From contig CBFFRP010000285.1 of NCBI GenBank assembly GCA_965644295.1, positions 96,130 through 160,129 on the forward strand: a DNA stretch of 64,000 nt, read 5' to 3'. The notes under the pieces were generated by a model. It saw only the letters and a program-made list of their open reading frames with translations, was not told where the DNA came from and did not search any database. The first letter of the stretch is position 1; the number at the start of each line of letters is the position of its first letter. This document shows, one piece after another, positions 62,041 through 64,000 of the stretch. The stretch is from Paraphysomonas bandaiensis (taxonomy: Eukaryota; Protista; Chrysophyceae). A program made the position numbers and the translations under genes.

Positions 62041-64000
62041 AATACCATAAGCTTCTTGCTCTATCGTAGCCCATTTCTGAGCCTGAGCTGAAAACTTCTT
62101 TGATAGGAAGGCAATGGGTTACCGGCTGCTCTGTTCCATCTGCGAGAATCTTTTTCTGCAGAAGCACCGAGCCGATTCCTAGCTCACTAGCGTCAGTACG
62201 CAGTGTCCACTCCAAATTGTAGTCTGGGTAGTAATTCGCAGGAATCTTGCAGGCCTTTTATGAAGCGACGATATTCAGCCTCATAATCGTGCCGCCACGT
62301 AGTCTTGTCCCAATTGAATTTTCGGTCGGGCAAATCTGTGAGATGAGCAACCAAGTCTGAATATCTAGGGGTAAAACTGGAAAAGAACACGCCCTTGCCA
62401 AGCAGAGACCCTCGCTTGTTTGGTGTTGGTAGGCATTGGGATTTTGCCTAGGGCTTCCTTCTTCTCAGGATTGACTTCATAGGATTTTGTGTCTGCATAC
62501 GTATCCGAAGTCTACTTTTCTAAATCCAAGCCAACTCTTTGGCATTTTCAGTTTGATTCCACTCTCGATGCATCTGTCAATCACTTTCTCAAATTTCTGA
62601 TACACGTCTTGAGGGTCGTTGGCCAATATCAACATGTTGTCAAATATTACAATGGCCCAGTCAGAAAAATCTTCAAATATTTCCCTGACTACCTCTTGCA
62701 GAATTCCAGTAGCCGGCGCAATACCTTCTGGCATGAACTTTGGCGCATATTGGCCCCATAGCGTCTGGATAAAAGCCTCTCTGATGTTTTCTTCCGCTAG
62801 AGGTATCTGATGGAAAGCGTTAGTCAAGTCGATATCCATATACAGTAAGTGATGATCTTGTCCAATTCATGCTTGACATTGGGAATTGTATAATAATTAC
62901 CCACTTGCATGTGCTTGTTGATGTTAACGTAATCCCCGCAGAATCGGATATAAGGTGGAGTAGCCTTGGGAGCAGCCGCCAAGCATGAAGCCCAAGGAGA
63001 TCCCTGCTCTTCTGGTAAAAATAACCACCTTGTTCTCCTGAACGCCTTTTCGGATGCTTCCCAGGCTTAGGGTTGATCGGCCTGGCTCTGGGTTTCATTC
63101 TTTCAGGTAAAAGTTTCTTTCCACTTAAGAGTCAAAGGGTCAACACCTCGGACTCTGTCCACTCATCAGAGCCACGAATACCTTCTCCAGCTTTGGAAGA
63201 TAAGAGATCCATAATGTTGGTCTCTTGTTTCATCTCCCTGACTGACGTGAGTTTCTATTTGTTCATAGTAGTCTTTAAGAGCTTCCTCTCTAGACTTTCC
63301 GAGGAATGTCAAAGCATCTTTGGAATTGAACGGGTAACTCAGTCTCGTTATCTTCTGGAGCGATAGCATCATTCGCTTTACTCCAGGGACGTCATTCCTC
63401 TCTGGATTCATCTCCTCATTTTGTAGGGCACTCAAATTATGGTTCCCTTGAGCCGAATCTTGAGATGATTCTGATGGGCCTGCTCCATGACAGCACACAT
63501 GAAAGGGTATAGCTTCCCAGTGAGGGCTGGTAGTCCCAAAATAATGTCATTAGATGACATGTCGATCACGATGAACTCACCAGTGTACTGGTAAGTGTGG
63601 CTCTTGGGATCGGTAAACACTAAGTTAATCCAGACCCCTTCGTCAAGATCCTTTACGGTTCTACTGTCTGCCAAAACCACACGGTGTTTGACCTTGTAGA
63701 ACCTGCTAGGTTCTAACCCGAGCGCACCAATCTATCCACAAGATCACGTGCTACGTAGTTAGCGGATAGGGCTCCTGTGTCACATAAAACTTTCACTAAT
63801 TCTTCCACTCCAGAACTTCTTGTCTATAATTACTCTACCTACTGTATGTGCTGATGAAAATTTCTTGGCTGAAGTTGAAGCATACAGCTTGCTCATCCTT
63901 GAAATGGACCTTTGAAGAAGTAGTATTCAATGTTTTGTAGCCTCTGGGAGATAATCACATTCATCATTCCCATCACAAACACTGATCACATGTTCTTCTA
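62041..64000 (-). mobile_element. Frameshifted Ty3/Gypsy-type pol fragment (protease - RT - truncated RNase H)
   Basis: VLCDTGA near 63780, DIDLTNAFHQIPL, FMPEGIAPA, IFDNML, LRTDASELGIGSVLLQ, WATIEQEAYG; many frameshifts. Confidence 0.88.

Noticed and set aside
1-64000. tRNA, rRNA or snRNA genes
   Set aside because: None recognised by eye; a covariance-model scan would be needed to exclude them

Overview
Gene-dense eukaryotic nuclear DNA with many short (~45-60 nt) GT-AG introns. It is probably from a flagellated protist, possibly a stramenopile, but that is inference. About 18 host genes are recognisable: MRS2/CorA Mg channel with EF-hand, PP2C, a FAIM-like/clathrin-adaptor-motif protein, an IQ-INPP5E-like 5-phosphatase, two SAM methyltransferases, a WW/coiled-coil protein, NAA50, SEC3, a membrane-bound ATF6-like bZIP, LST8, a CudA-like factor, kinesin-13, an ARID protein, RNPS1-like, TTL-like, a GAF-GAF-PDE and one uncharacterised ORF. 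Mobile elements include an internally deleted hAT, a Ginger-like DNA transposon with palindromic TIRs inserted in a (TACA)n array, a catalytically mutated IS3EU-like transposase and a Gypsy-pol/Copia-integrase fusion fragment. There is also a 5'-truncated RT+RNase H LINE flanked by a perfect 179-bp direct repeat. The most notable system is three copies of a ~0.35-0.5 kb non-autonomous retroelement (3523-4005, 45561-46077, 60611-60949, all on the minus strand). They share their 3' end with that LINE and begin with a candidate HDV-like self-cleaving ribozyme, i.e. a putative ribozyme-headed SINE/SIDE with its partner LINE in the same window. Exon boundaries and identities were read by eye; nothing was searched or folded computationally.
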